NCBI GenBank assembly: GCA_946055075.1
Contig: CAMGEN010000001.1
Span: 17,137-81,136 of the forward strand
Direction of reading: 5' to 3'
Source: an uncultured Verrucomicrobiota bacterium
Lineage (GTDB): Bacteria > Verrucomicrobiota > Kiritimatiellia > RFP12 > UBA1067
DNA length: 64,000 nucleotides
Shown here: positions 11,555 through 21,212 of the stretch, in pieces
How the letters are laid out: the number at the start of each line of letters is the position of its first letter
How positions within the stretch are numbered: position 1 is the first letter of the stretch
Made by a program: the position numbers and the translations under genes
The notes under the pieces: generated by a model
The model's database searches: none
What the model was told of the DNA's origin: nothing
What the model saw: the letters and a program-made list of their open reading frames with translations, nothing else

Positions 11555-13225
11555 ATGACGATTCGTGGATTACTCGAGAAGAATGCTGCGGAGGTGCCGG
11601 AGTTTAACGCATTGACCTGGTGTCAGGACAAGGTCTGGCAACATCGTTCTTGGAAGGAGTATCTCGCGCGGGTGCGCGATTATGCGGAGGGTTATGGTAC
11701 TCGTTTCGCGCTGAAGCCCCGTGAGGACAATACGGCGATTATCCTCGGCAACGATCCCGACTGGTTGGAGACCTATCTCGCGCAAGCCGGTGCCGGTGTC
11801 GCGGTGGTGCCGATGGATCCGAAGTTGCACGAGTCCGAGATGGAGTATATCCTCAACGACGCGCAGGTTCGGGTCGTCACGACGGACAAGGCCCATATCA
11901 AGATGATGATGACGCTGGCTCCGAAGGTGAAGACCCTGCGCGGAATCGTCATTACCGATGGTCTGGTCCATGAGGGTCAGATGATCGGCGATGTCCCGGT
12001 CCTGCCGCTCGAGAAGCTCCGTGTTTCTGGCGGCGGCGCATGGTATGACGCAAATGTCGCGCAGGATGACGACGTCGCCTCGATCATCTATACTTCCGGT
12101 ACGACCGGCAAGCCCAAGGGGGCGATGCTCACCCACCGCAATTTCGTCGCCGATGCCGATGGTGCGCTCGGTGTCTTCAACGCGAATCCGCCGATTTCGA
12201 CCGCCGACTCCTTCCTCGTGGTCCTGCCGCTTTTCCATGCGTTCAGCTTCTGCGCGAACTTCGTGGTGACGCTCCGTACGCAGTCCGAGATGAAGTTTGT
12301 CGAGTCGCTTCGAACCGTCGGGCGTGACATCCACGACCTGAAGCCGACCGTGATCTGCGGGGTGCCGCTCCTGGCCGAGAAGCTTTTCGATAAAATTCAG
12401 GACGGTCTCGCGAAGTCGAAGATCGCGAAGTTCTTGATGTCCATCGGTCTGCGCGGGCCCGTGATGCATATGGTCTTTTTGAAGCTCGGCGGTAAGCTCA
12501 AGTTCTTCATCACCGGCGGTGCTCCGTGTCCGAAGCCGGTTATCGAGTGTTTCCGCAAGCTCCATGTCAACTTCCTCGAGGGGTACGGGCTTACCGAGTG
12601 CGCGCCAATCGTCTCGGTGACGGATGCGAAGTGTCCCAAGATCGGAACCATCGGCCGTCCCTGCGAAGGTGTAGAGGTCCGTATCGTGGATAAGAACGAA
12701 AACGGCGTCGGCGAGCTTCAGGTGAAGGGTCCGAACGTCATGAAGGGCTACTTCCACAATGAGAAGGCCACGAAGGAATCGTTTGACGGCGAGTGGTTCA
12801 TGACCGGCGATCTTGCGTCGCAGGATGAAGAGGGTTATCTCACGATCCGCGGGCGCAAGAAAGCGCTCATCGTCAACCGCGAGGGCAAGAACATCTATCC
12901 CGAAGAGGTCGAGAAGGTGATCGCCGCCGATCCTGCGGTGGCGGACATCATCGTCGTCGGCTATACCAATGGCGGACTTCCCGGAGAACGCGTAGGCGCG
13001 ATTTGTTATCCGAATGTCGACTTCTACAAGTCACAGAACAAGGGTGTCGAGCCGGATTGGTGTGAAATCGAGAAGGATGTCTCCAAGCGTGTGCAGGAGC
13101 GTTCCGCGGAACTTGCCGACTATAAGCGTGTTCGCAAGGTCGTGGTCAAGCACGAGCCGCTGGAGCGCACCTCGATTGGCAAGGTCCGTCGCGTCACTTA
13201 TAAGGGCACCATCGACGAGCCGTGA
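11555..13225 (+). CDS. long-chain acyl-CoA synthetase (AMP-dependent synthetase/ligase)
   Basis: 556 aa. AMP-binding signature YTSGTTGKPKGAMLTHRN, the TGD motif, and a C-terminal lysine-containing motif. Confidence 0.85.
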   Translation: MTIRGLLEKNAAEVPEFNALTWCQDKVWQHRSWKEYLARVRDYAEGYGTRFALKPREDNTAIILGNDPDWLETYLAQAGAGVAVVPMDPKLHESEMEYILNDAQVRVVTTDKAHIKMMMTLAPKVKTLRGIVITDGLVHEGQMIGDVPVLPLEKLRVSGGGAWYDANVAQDDDVASIIYTSGTTGKPKGAMLTHRNFVADADGALGVFNANPPISTADSFLVVLPLFHAFSFCANFVVTLRTQSEMKFVESLRTVGRDIHDLKPTVICGVPLLAEKLFDKIQDGLAKSKIAKFLMSIGLRGPVMHMVFLKLGGKLKFFITGGAPCPKPVIECFRKLHVNFLEGYGLTECAPIVSVTDAKCPKIGTIGRPCEGVEVRIVDKNENGVGELQVKGPNVMKGYFHNEKATKESFDGEWFMTGDLASQDEEGYLTIRGRKKALIVNREGKNIYPEEVEKVIAADPAVADIIVVGYTNGGLPGERVGAICYPNVDFYKSQNKGVEPDWCEIEKDVSKRVQERSAELADYKRVRKVVVKHEPLERTSIGKVRRVTYKGTIDEP

Positions 13226-13228
13226 TAA

Positions 13229-13247
13229 AGTGAAGAGCGAAGAGTTG
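13229..13247. repeat. short GAAGAGY-family repeat (gtgaagagcgaagagttg) in an intergenic spacer
   Basis: It resembles the ACTCTTC/GAAGAGT heptamer arrays at 25232-25268 and 25716-25753. Confidence 0.4.
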
Positions 13248-14239
13248 TGGAGGTATTAGTATTTCTACAATGGCCTGAGAAGTGTTTTCGGGCGAACGCA
13301 GACGACCTAAAGTATCTCAGGTCGCTCCTGCGGGGGCGGGCGAAGGTGGTTCAAGCCAAGACGGAGAGGTCTTTCTTGGCGGCGCTTCCGCGGGCTACTC
13401 ATGTGATCACTTGGCATTTTAAGTCGGAATGGTACGCGCATGCTCCTAAGCTGAAGCTGGTCGCCACTCCCGCCGCCGGTCGCGAGCTTGTCGATCCTCC
13501 CCCGTCCGTTGTCTGCTCACGGTCTCTGGCTCCGGCCGTTCATCACGGCGGTTTTCACGGGGCGATCATTTCCGAGACTGTACTTGCGTTCGTCCTTGCG
13601 TATGCGCACGGGTTCTTCGCGTCCGAGCCGTTATGGCCGAGAAGTCTTCGGGCGGAGAAGACGATGGATGTTGCAGGCACCAGGGCGGTAATCATAGGCT
13701 ATGGGCGCATCGGCAAGGCCATAGCTGCGCGACTTTCCGATTTCGGGGTGTCGGTGCGCGGCCTTTCCCACTCTGAGTGTGATCTGCTACGTACAAGGTG
13801 CAAGGTGCGGGGTGCAGGGTGTCGTTCCGCACTCCGCGCCCTGCATTCCACACTCTGCTCGGCTGACTGGCTGATCCTCGCGTTGCCGTCCGATACTGGA
13901 ACGGATGATTTTCTCGATGCCAGGCTAATATCGATGCTCTCAAAGAAATGTGTCGTGGTCAATGTGGGGCGTGGCAATGCGGTTGACGAACGGGCATTGC
14001 TCTCGGCGCTTCGGAGCGGCAGGATTGCCGCGGCGTATCTTGACGTGTTCAAGCACGAGCCGACGGTGTTGGCGAAGCATGTCGCCAAACTCTCGAAAGC
14101 GGAGCGAAAATACGATATTGCGGCGATGTCTGCCGCGGAATTGCCTCGGAACTTGATTCGCACTCCGCATGGAAGCGCGTTCTCGCCTGGATATATCAAG
14201 GCGGCGTTTAAGGAGCTGAAGAATGAGTCGCTCATTTGA
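13247..14239 (+). CDS. D-isomer-specific 2-hydroxyacid dehydrogenase family protein (NAD-binding)
   Basis: 330 aa. A Rossmann GYGRIGKAIAARL motif and the catalytic-domain signature NVGRGNAVDERALLSALRSGRIAAAYLDVFKHEP. It contains an unusual Cys-rich insert encoded by a repeat (see 13771-13857). Confidence 0.85.
   Translation: MEVLVFLQWPEKCFRANADDLKYLRSLLRGRAKVVQAKTERSFLAALPRATHVITWHFKSEWYAHAPKLKLVATPAAGRELVDPPPSVVCSRSLAPAVHHGGFHGAIISETVLAFVLAYAHGFFASEPLWPRSLRAEKTMDVAGTRAVIIGYGRIGKAIAARLSDFGVSVRGLSHSECDLLRTRCKVRGAGCRSALRALHSTLCSADWLILALPSDTGTDDFLDARLISMLSKKCVVVNVGRGNAVDERALLSALRSGRIAAAYLDVFKHEPTVLAKHVAKLSKAERKYDIAAMSAAELPRNLIRTPHGSAFSPGYIKAAFKELKNESLI
13771..13857. repeat. GGTGCAG-family degenerate heptamer array with an internal imperfect inverted repeat, inserted in-frame in the dehydrogenase gene
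   Basis: The sequence is ...caaggtgcaaggtgcggggtgcagggtg...gcactccgcgccctgcattccacactctgc. It encodes SHSECDLLRTRCKVRGAGCRSALRALHSTLC where homologues have a short loop. It is related to 21643-21677 and 53753-53797. Confidence 0.6.
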
Positions 14240-14642
14240 GGTCCATTCCGTTGAAGAGACCTGGGCCGTGGCTCGGGAGTTCGCCAAGGGCCTCAGAGCA
14301 GGGGACGTGGTGTGTCTCGAAGGAGATCTCGGTGCCGGCAAGACCACGTTCACCCAGGGTCTTGCGGCGGCGTTGGGTGTGCCTGGTCGAGTGAATTCGC
14401 CGACTTTCTGCATTGTGCAGGAACACCGTGGGTCGGTTCTTCTGGTTCATATGGATCTGTATCGGTTGCATGGCGAGGACGATGTGGTCGCAATCGGTTG
14501 GGAGGATTATCTTGCCGAGGGCGCGATTTTGGTCGTCGAGTGGCCGGAGCGGGCTGGAAACCTGATTCCTTCCTCGGCCAGGAGGGTGGAGATTCGTCAC
14601 CTTGAGGGTGATGAATGTCGTCGCATCTGTATTGACAAATGA
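14223..14642 (+). CDS. tsaE: tRNA threonylcarbamoyladenosine biosynthesis ATPase TsaE (YjeE)
   Basis: 139 aa. A Walker A GDLGAGKTTFTQG motif and a length typical of TsaE. Confidence 0.85.
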   Translation: MSRSFEVHSVEETWAVAREFAKGLRAGDVVCLEGDLGAGKTTFTQGLAAALGVPGRVNSPTFCIVQEHRGSVLLVHMDLYRLHGEDDVVAIGWEDYLAEGAILVVEWPERAGNLIPSSARRVEIRHLEGDECRRICIDK

Positions 14643-14654
14643 TGCCTGTTTTGG

Positions 14655-14660
14655 GTATAA
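14655..14660 (+). promoter_or_regulatory. extended -10 promoter (TTTGGGTATAAT); the transcript for the Wza-like gene is probably leaderless
   Basis: TATAAT at 14655-14660 is preceded by TTTGGG. The ATG at 14672 is only 11 nt downstream, and there is no SD. Confidence 0.45.
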
Positions 14661-14671
14661 TATAAGCATAA

Positions 14672-15352
14672 ATGGCAAAAATGTCTTCAGTGGTTGACTG
14701 CTGTCTTCAGTGGTTGATTCTCGCGTGTGCGTGCGCGAGCACGTGTGGTTGCTACACGGTGACTCACCTTTTCACGAAAGAGGAGCCGGTGGATGTGGCG
14801 GCGATGGCGAAATACTGGGATGGTCCGCGTATCGGTCCCGGCGTGTCCCTTAATGTCGTCGTCAGTTCTGGAGCCATCCAGCCTGTGCAGATGAAACTGA
14901 TAGTGGATCAGAACGGTGATGTTACGCTTCCGCACCTGTTGCAGAATCCTGTGCACTGTGACGGGTTGTCGCTCGACGATCTCAAGCAAAAACTGATAAA
15001 GGAGTATTCGGTTTATTATCGTCAGCCGCTCGTTTCGGTGACTTTCGGCGAATACGATGGTCGTGGGGTGAGTCCGTGGGGCACGGTTATGGTGATGGGA
15101 GAGGTGATGATTCCCGGGCCTGTGAACATGCCTTCGACGATGGATCTTACGGTGACCAAGGTGTTACAGCTTGCGGGCAATCTCAAGCCTTACGCGGACA
15201 AGACGGCGATTGTCGTGACTCGCTGTGACAAGGAGGGGCGTCGTTCGCGTACGAAGATTGATCTCCGGGACATCGGTCAGGGAGGCCGTGCGGACCTGGA
15301 TATGGTGCTTAGGGCTGGTGATGTCGTATACGTCCCCGAGTCGTTTTTGTGA
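14672..15352 (+). CDS. periplasmic polysaccharide export protein (Wza/KpsD-like, Poly_export + SLBB)
   Basis: 226 aa. A lipoprotein-like signal (LILACACASTCGC) and a polysaccharide-export fold-like segment (PGDVL-type, SLBB). It is the first gene of the EPS locus. Confidence 0.65.
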   Translation: MAKMSSVVDCCLQWLILACACASTCGCYTVTHLFTKEEPVDVAAMAKYWDGPRIGPGVSLNVVVSSGAIQPVQMKLIVDQNGDVTLPHLLQNPVHCDGLSLDDLKQKLIKEYSVYYRQPLVSVTFGEYDGRGVSPWGTVMVMGEVMIPGPVNMPSTMDLTVTKVLQLAGNLKPYADKTAIVVTRCDKEGRRSRTKIDLRDIGQGGRADLDMVLRAGDVVYVPESFL

Positions 15353-15379
15353 TTTACGATAATTACGGAGAAAGTTGAA

Positions 15380-16273
15380 ATGAAAAAACTGGTACTTGCG
15401 ACGGCGTTGACGATGGTTATCGCTTCTGTGCAGGCGATGTCGCTGGCTGAGGCTAAGGGCAAGATCGGTGCGGTGATTGATGATCCTTCGGAGATGGCTG
15501 CCGTGATGAAGCAGTTGTCGGCCGAAGATCAGAAGTCCTTCGTTGCTGAAGTCAACGGGGCGATCGCGAAGATGCCGGGCAGCGCCGAGGAAAAGGCCGC
15601 CAAGGCCAACAATGTCAATCGCGCCGCGGTCAAGAATGCGGCCAAGGGCAATGCCAGTGCGCTGATTGCAGAGGTGTTCGCCACCGCTCCGGTTGAGTCG
15701 CTGGCGCTCATCAACGAAACGTTTGCAAAGGATGTTCTTAATCGTGCGGCTGATCCGAAGCAGACTTTTACCGATGATCAGTTCGTGAAGATCTCCAAGA
15801 AGGTTATGAAAGACGTCAACTCTCGTCTCGCGGGTTCCGAAGATGCTGGAGTCCGCGGTGCGTTCGCCGTTCTGACGTTGGTTCGCGCTTCCAACGGTTC
15901 GCCAGCATCGCTTGCGAACGAACTTACCGATACTCTCGGCGACAACGCGGCGACGGCGAAGAACGAGTGGCTGCCAGCTGCGTTGTCCAATCCTGCCAAT
16001 TACGATCCGATGCTCTCCGGCACTGATGTCGAAAAAGCTCCTGACATCAAGCTCGCGCTCAATATTGCCGGTCCTCAGCGTCATTTCGTGTTGCTCTCTG
16101 CGGTTATCGCCGGAGCTTCTGATCCGCTTGCTGCGGCTGATGACGGCTTTGGCGACTTGTCGCAGAATCAGACGGTTGACGGTGGTATTTACACTCTTCC
16201 TCGTTCGACTGAACAGGTGCCATGGAATCCAGATATCCCTCGTGGGTATAATTGGCAGAATTTCGGGCGTTGA
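15380..16273 (+). CDS. secreted Ala-rich hypothetical protein
   Basis: 297 aa. A signal peptide MKKLVLATALTMVIASVQA and no recognisable domain. Confidence 0.5.
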   Translation: MKKLVLATALTMVIASVQAMSLAEAKGKIGAVIDDPSEMAAVMKQLSAEDQKSFVAEVNGAIAKMPGSAEEKAAKANNVNRAAVKNAAKGNASALIAEVFATAPVESLALINETFAKDVLNRAADPKQTFTDDQFVKISKKVMKDVNSRLAGSEDAGVRGAFAVLTLVRASNGSPASLANELTDTLGDNAATAKNEWLPAALSNPANYDPMLSGTDVEKAPDIKLALNIAGPQRHFVLLSAVIAGASDPLAAADDGFGDLSQNQTVDGGIYTLPRSTEQVPWNPDIPRGYNWQNFGR

Positions 16274-16297
16274 TAATCTAAGGAAGGACTCAGAAAA

Positions 16298-17518
16298 ATG
16301 AAGAAGATTCTCCACGTTCTTGCATTGCTTATCGCCGGAACGGTCCTTGCTGAGGATGGTTTTCTTGCTCGTCCGTCGGGCATCAAGTTCAACCGGCTTA
16401 CGCTGCGTCCGTATGTTTCGTTTTCCTATACTTTCGACTCGAATCCCGATTGTGGTAAGAAGGGTGCGATGAACTCGTCGTACTGGACGGCGAACCCTGG
16501 TGTCGGTCTTACCTACGATGGCGAGAACTGGAAGCTCAACGGAAACGCTTACTACATGTATCATGCGTTCTCGTCGGGCGAGGCTTCGTCGTTGAATAAC
16601 CACAGTTACGGTGAGCAGCTCGGTTTCTTCTGGTCGGATATCGTCAATCGTGGTAAGGGTTGGGCGTTGTCAATCAACGAGCGGTATACGAAGGTCAATC
16701 AGAATGATGATTTTGCGCATAGCGATGGCAAGGGTCTCTGGCGCGATCGTCAGCAGTTTGATGCGGGCATCGTCTTACAGCGCCGTTTCAATGAAACCTT
16801 GTATTCTGCGGTTAACGCCGGATTTTACTGGATTGATTACGAGAATGATCCCAAAGCGTATGGTCCGCTTTACGGCTGGGAGCGTTGGTCTGCTGGCGCT
16901 GAAGTCGGTGTTCGCGCTTGTAAATGGGCGGATGTCTTCCTGGCTGGTGGATATCAGCGCTTTACCCAGGATTCCCCCCATGGCCTTAGTCTTAAGAACG
17001 CCTCTGACGGGTGGACGGCGCATGCCGGCGCGACCGGGGATCTGTCTGAGAAGCTGACTTATCGGGTTTCCGGCGGTGTGTCTACTTTCCACTACGCTGG
17101 TGCAGACGATTCAGCAGGATTTACTTACGAGGCTAGCATCAAGTGGAAGATCACCGACACTCTCATGACCTCGCTCCTTGCTTCCAGTTACTATCATCCG
17201 TCGGAGCGTGAGGCCGGCTCGGCGGTCCGTTGCGATTCCATCAGCTGGGGTATTGCTAAAGCGTTGGTCCGTAATAAGCTTAACGCCACGTTCGATGTCG
17301 CTTATCGCCACGATACCCATGTATATACCTATCGCAATGGGTCCGATTGGGATATCAACTTGCTGACCGCACGTCTCAGTGTCAACTATATAGTCAATCG
17401 TTTTATTACGGTGTTCGCCCGCGGCGAGTTCCAGGATGAAATGAATGAAGGTGTGGTGGGCAATCGTTATGACTACGACCGTTGGCGCGCTACGCTCGGA
17501 GTGAAGTTCACGTATTGA
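16298..17518 (+). CDS. outer-membrane beta-barrel protein (EPS-locus associated, porin-like)
   Basis: 406 aa. A signal peptide, alternating aromatic/hydrophilic beta-strand pattern, and a C-terminal ...LGVKFTY aromatic terminus typical of OMPs. Confidence 0.6.
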   Translation: MKKILHVLALLIAGTVLAEDGFLARPSGIKFNRLTLRPYVSFSYTFDSNPDCGKKGAMNSSYWTANPGVGLTYDGENWKLNGNAYYMYHAFSSGEASSLNNHSYGEQLGFFWSDIVNRGKGWALSINERYTKVNQNDDFAHSDGKGLWRDRQQFDAGIVLQRRFNETLYSAVNAGFYWIDYENDPKAYGPLYGWERWSAGAEVGVRACKWADVFLAGGYQRFTQDSPHGLSLKNASDGWTAHAGATGDLSEKLTYRVSGGVSTFHYAGADDSAGFTYEASIKWKITDTLMTSLLASSYYHPSEREAGSAVRCDSISWGIAKALVRNKLNATFDVAYRHDTHVYTYRNGSDWDINLLTARLSVNYIVNRFITVFARGEFQDEMNEGVVGNRYDYDRWRATLGVKFTY

Positions 17519-17519
17519 G

Positions 17520-18806
17520 GTGTTGGCGTTCCTTTCCAATAGAGCTACAGCGGCGCACTTGGCCCTCGGGGCGGTGGCGCCGCTCGTGCTATGTAAATAC
17601 TTCGGTGCCGGCGCGGTGTTGGCTGCGTTGCTTTGGATTTCTTTGGTTGCGGCGGTATGGGCGTTTATGGCTCCGGCAAAGGGAGAGGAAGAGCGTTCAT
17701 CCGAAGCGCGTCGTCGTTTCTTTGAGGATGCTCTTGGCGATCCGTTTTTCTGGGTTGCATTGCTGTTGATCGGTTATGCGGCATTGGTTGCATTGAACGG
17801 AGGGGTCGCCTTGGAGTATGACCTCGAACAGTCGGTGTGGCGGCTGATTACGCCGACGCTGCCGCAATTGCCAGGCGGTGTTACGGGTGCGGGCGGACTT
17901 CATTTTGCTTCAGCGGTGATCGTTCTAGTAATTTATCCGGCGGTGGCATATGCTCTCGACGCAAGGCAATCTGTATGCTTCGCGCTGTTTGCAGTCACCA
18001 TCGTTACCGTGGACGCGGTTTTTGCGCATGCTTCTGGTGTCGGAATATCTGGAGAGCGAGCGGCGGCATACGGATTGTGGTCTCTGGTTGCCGCAAGCGT
18101 GCTTTTCTCCGCCGAACGTACCTGCAGCCGCCCGAAGGAGCTGATTGCGTCCATTATGCTAGCCGGTTGCCTGGCGGCATTGCTGTTTTCTGGTCGGCCC
18201 GCGTTGGCTTTCATATTCGTGTCTGCACTGGTGTTGATGACCTTGTTGTTTGTCGTTTTCGCCTTCCCCGGTCTGCGGTTCCAGGGAGCGGTGCGCGCGA
18301 TCGTGCTGATTTTGGTTTCAGGTTTCATTGCGGCCATGCTTTATAAGTGGCGAGTCGGTGATTGGATGGCCTTGATTCCGAATTGGTCTACGGCTGCTGA
18401 TGGTACGATGACGCGTCTGGCCACAGAAGCATGGAAGTCTGCTCCCTGGGTTGGAGTTGGTCTCGGAGGATTTCCGCTTGCGGCAAAGCTTGGCGCAAGC
18501 CCGGAGGACTGGGCTGTGATAGGAGCGATCCCGGATTTCTATGCTAACGGTTGGCGGGCGTTGCTAGTCGAACGAGGCATGATCGGGGTGTTGGCGGTTG
18601 CGGTTTCGGTCGGCACCATCGGCTTCGCATGGCTCTGTCGCGCACGTCGGCGGGGAAGAGAGTTCTTCACCGCGCCGCTGCTGCTATTCCCGCTGGCTCT
18701 GGCGGCGGTCGCGGTAGGCATGGTATTTGATGGTTCGACGTTGCAGGCGGATGCTTTCGTCGCGTTCGCATCGCTTGCGGCTTTGTCGGTCAACGGAGGT
18801 ATATGA
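17520..18806 (+). CDS. polytopic membrane protein, O-antigen ligase/Wzy-like polymerase candidate
   Basis: 428 aa with 10 or more predicted TM helices and a larger loop. It lies between the OMP and the Wzc-like gene. Confidence 0.4.
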   Translation: MLAFLSNRATAAHLALGAVAPLVLCKYFGAGAVLAALLWISLVAAVWAFMAPAKGEEERSSEARRRFFEDALGDPFFWVALLLIGYAALVALNGGVALEYDLEQSVWRLITPTLPQLPGGVTGAGGLHFASAVIVLVIYPAVAYALDARQSVCFALFAVTIVTVDAVFAHASGVGISGERAAAYGLWSLVAASVLFSAERTCSRPKELIASIMLAGCLAALLFSGRPALAFIFVSALVLMTLLFVVFAFPGLRFQGAVRAIVLILVSGFIAAMLYKWRVGDWMALIPNWSTAADGTMTRLATEAWKSAPWVGVGLGGFPLAAKLGASPEDWAVIGAIPDFYANGWRALLVERGMIGVLAVAVSVGTIGFAWLCRARRRGREFFTAPLLLFPLALAAVAVGMVFDGSTLQADAFVAFASLAALSVNGGI

Positions 18807-21208
18807 TGTCGGATAAACCCCTTTACTACAGTTCGAACAAGACGTCTCAACCGGCTTATTATGGCGGAGTGTCGAATATGGCGTATGGTGCTCGTCCCGC
18901 CTATTACGGCGGATCCGGGGGCGGCCAGTACGGTGCTACGCCATATTACTACGGAAGCTCTCGGCCGGGCCAAGATGAAGGATCAATGATCGGCACGCTT
19001 ACTGCGGCCCGTATTGTCAGGGTTATTTCCCAGCGTTGGCTTTCGATTTTCGTTTTCCTGTTGGTCGGGCTTGTTATTGCGTTTGCGGTTTATCGTATCT
19101 CGCCCACGGTTTACGAGGCAACGAGTGAATTCACGATGGATATGCGTCGCGCTACCGGTGGCGGGCACAGCCCGCTTAGTGATGCGATGCCTGATTTCGG
19201 CAACAATTACGCGGAGGTATTTAATACACGCATCTCCGACTGGCGGTCGGACAAGATCGTCACCAAGATCGTTCAGCAGTATCGCGCCAATCGTCCGGCT
19301 TCTACGACTTCCGACGAAGAGCTTATCCGCACGTTGGCGAACTCCAAAATTGAGCTTCAGCGTAATTCTCGCATTATTTCGATCGCGGTTCGCTCCGGAG
19401 ATCCGCAGATTGCGGCTGCGCTCGCGAATGCGTACGCCGAGGCGATCGAGGTATTTACCGATGAGGAGAACAAGCTGCGCTGCGACAAGGCGGTGCAGCA
19501 GATTCACGCCAACGTTGAGAAGAAGCGCCGCGATGTTGAGAAGCTTCGTAAGGAGTTGCTTGATTTCCGGACCGCGAATAAGGTTGACAATCTCCGTTCT
19601 ACGCGTGAGACCTGTGCGGAGAGCTTGAAGAAGACGACGGCGGATATTCTTGCGCTCGAGACCCAGGAGACGCAGTTGGTCGAATACGAGAAACTGCTAG
19701 AGGTGGTGCAGAAGGATCCAGAACAGTTCGGAACCCTTAATGCCAATGTTCCGCGCGCGCAAGAGATATCCAGCGATTACAATGCCTTTCAGGAGGCGAA
19801 CGGTGCCTATCAGGGGTTGTTGCTTAACTTTACCGAGAATCACCCCGAAGTGCAGTCGAAGAAGAAGCTTGCAGAAATCTGCCGCCAGCGGTTTATCGCT
19901 TCCTCGGTTCGTGCGCTTGCAGCCGGTCGCGCTCAGCTCGGAGTCGTTCGCAACCAGCTCGGCACTCTCCGTCGCCGCCAGGAGGATTTTCGTAACGAAC
20001 TAACCTCCCTTGATCAGCGCATTATTCTTGCCGAGTCCAGTCTGATGCAGCTCGAGAACGACGCGATGATAGCGAACGACGTGCTTAAGGGGCTTACCCT
20101 CGACGAGAATACCGCCCGTATCGCCGCTGAAAGCAATAATGAGATCGTTCGCGTCGGGCGTGCTGCCAATGTTCCGGAGAAGCCGGTGCTTCCAAATCCG
20201 CTTATCATCTTCGGTGCTGGTGTCGTGATGTCGCTTGTCCTTGGAATCCTGTTCGTGCTTATTCTCGACAATCTCGAGGATACGGTTGTCAACCTGGCTG
20301 ATATTGAAGGTCGGCTTGCGCTCAAGGTTCTGGCGGTTCTTCCCCACGTGCGTCGGAAGAAGCGTGAAGAAGTCGCGAAATTCCCGGTCGAAGAGAAATA
20401 TTCGCAGTTTGCTGAAGCGGTCGCAGGTCTTCGCAATCTGCTGGATTCCCCGCGGTACAACGCGCTTTCGAAATGTATGCTGGTCATTTCCACTCAGCCT
20501 GGAGAAGGTAAGTCGATCACTTCCAGCTCTATAGCGATCTCCTATGCCCAGGCGGGAAGAAAGACGCTACTTGTCGACTTTGACCTCCGTCGTCCTCGGC
20601 AGGCTCGCATCTGGGGGCTTGAACTTACGAAAGAGACGAGTTTCTCGCACGTATTGCAGGCGGCTGGAGAAGGTGTTCGACCAGATTTCTCCAAGAGCGT
20701 TCAGCACAGCACCGTTAGTGGACTTGATGTCCTCGCATCGCTCCCGCCGGAAGGAGTTGATCCCGCGACGATTCTCGGATCTTCGATAGTCGGCGAGTTC
20801 TTCGATTGGGCTCGGGCCAATTATGACCGGATAATCGTCGATTCGCCGCCGTACGGACTTGTTGGTGACGTGGTTTCGCTTGCCGTGATGGTCGATTCCG
20901 CAATGATCATGTGCTGCCCCGATCGAACTCATTTCAAACCGATCCAGTATTGTTCCCGTTGCCTTGTCGAGGCTGGTGCCAATATTCTCGGCGTAATTGT
21001 TAATGACGTGGAGGTGTCAAGCTCCGCGGCGTTCAGTCCGTCTTCTCACCATCATTATGGCAATTATGGGAAGTATGGTTATGGCGGTGGCTATGGCGGA
21101 TATGGCGGTTACGCCGGGTATGGTTACGGCTATGAACCTAGAAAAGACGATGCCAAGAAGCCTGATGTAACGGCCGAGTCCGATTCTGAACCCTCCAAGG
21201 ACGAGTGA
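18803..21208 (+). CDS. polysaccharide co-polymerase / BY-kinase (Wzc-like tyrosine autokinase)
   Basis: 801 aa. An N-terminal Wzz-like domain with a TM, a long coiled-coil, a second TM, and a C-terminal P-loop kinase (GEGKSITSS Walker A, VDSPP Walker B). The tail is Tyr/Gly-rich: [29 protein letters not shown]. Confidence 0.8.
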   Translation: MMSDKPLYYSSNKTSQPAYYGGVSNMAYGARPAYYGGSGGGQYGATPYYYGSSRPGQDEGSMIGTLTAARIVRVISQRWLSIFVFLLVGLVIAFAVYRISPTVYEATSEFTMDMRRATGGGHSPLSDAMPDFGNNYAEVFNTRISDWRSDKIVTKIVQQYRANRPASTTSDEELIRTLANSKIELQRNSRIISIAVRSGDPQIAAALANAYAEAIEVFTDEENKLRCDKAVQQIHANVEKKRRDVEKLRKELLDFRTANKVDNLRSTRETCAESLKKTTADILALETQETQLVEYEKLLEVVQKDPEQFGTLNANVPRAQEISSDYNAFQEANGAYQGLLLNFTENHPEVQSKKKLAEICRQRFIASSVRALAAGRAQLGVVRNQLGTLRRRQEDFRNELTSLDQRIILAESSLMQLENDAMIANDVLKGLTLDENTARIAAESNNEIVRVGRAANVPEKPVLPNPLIIFGAGVVMSLVLGILFVLILDNLEDTVVNLADIEGRLALKVLAVLPHVRRKKREEVAKFPVEEKYSQFAEAVAGLRNLLDSPRYNALSKCMLVISTQPGEGKSITSSSIAISYAQAGRKTLLVDFDLRRPRQARIWGLELTKETSFSHVLQAAGEGVRPDFSKSVQHSTVSGLDVLASLPPEGVDPATILGSSIVGEFFDWARANYDRIIVDSPPYGLVGDVVSLAVMVDSAMIMCCPDRTHFKPIQYCSRCLVEAGANILGVIVNDVEVSSSAAFSPSSHHHYGNYGKYGYGGGYGGYGGYAGYGYGYEPRKDDAKKPDVTAESDSEPSKDE

Positions 21209-21212
21209 AAGA

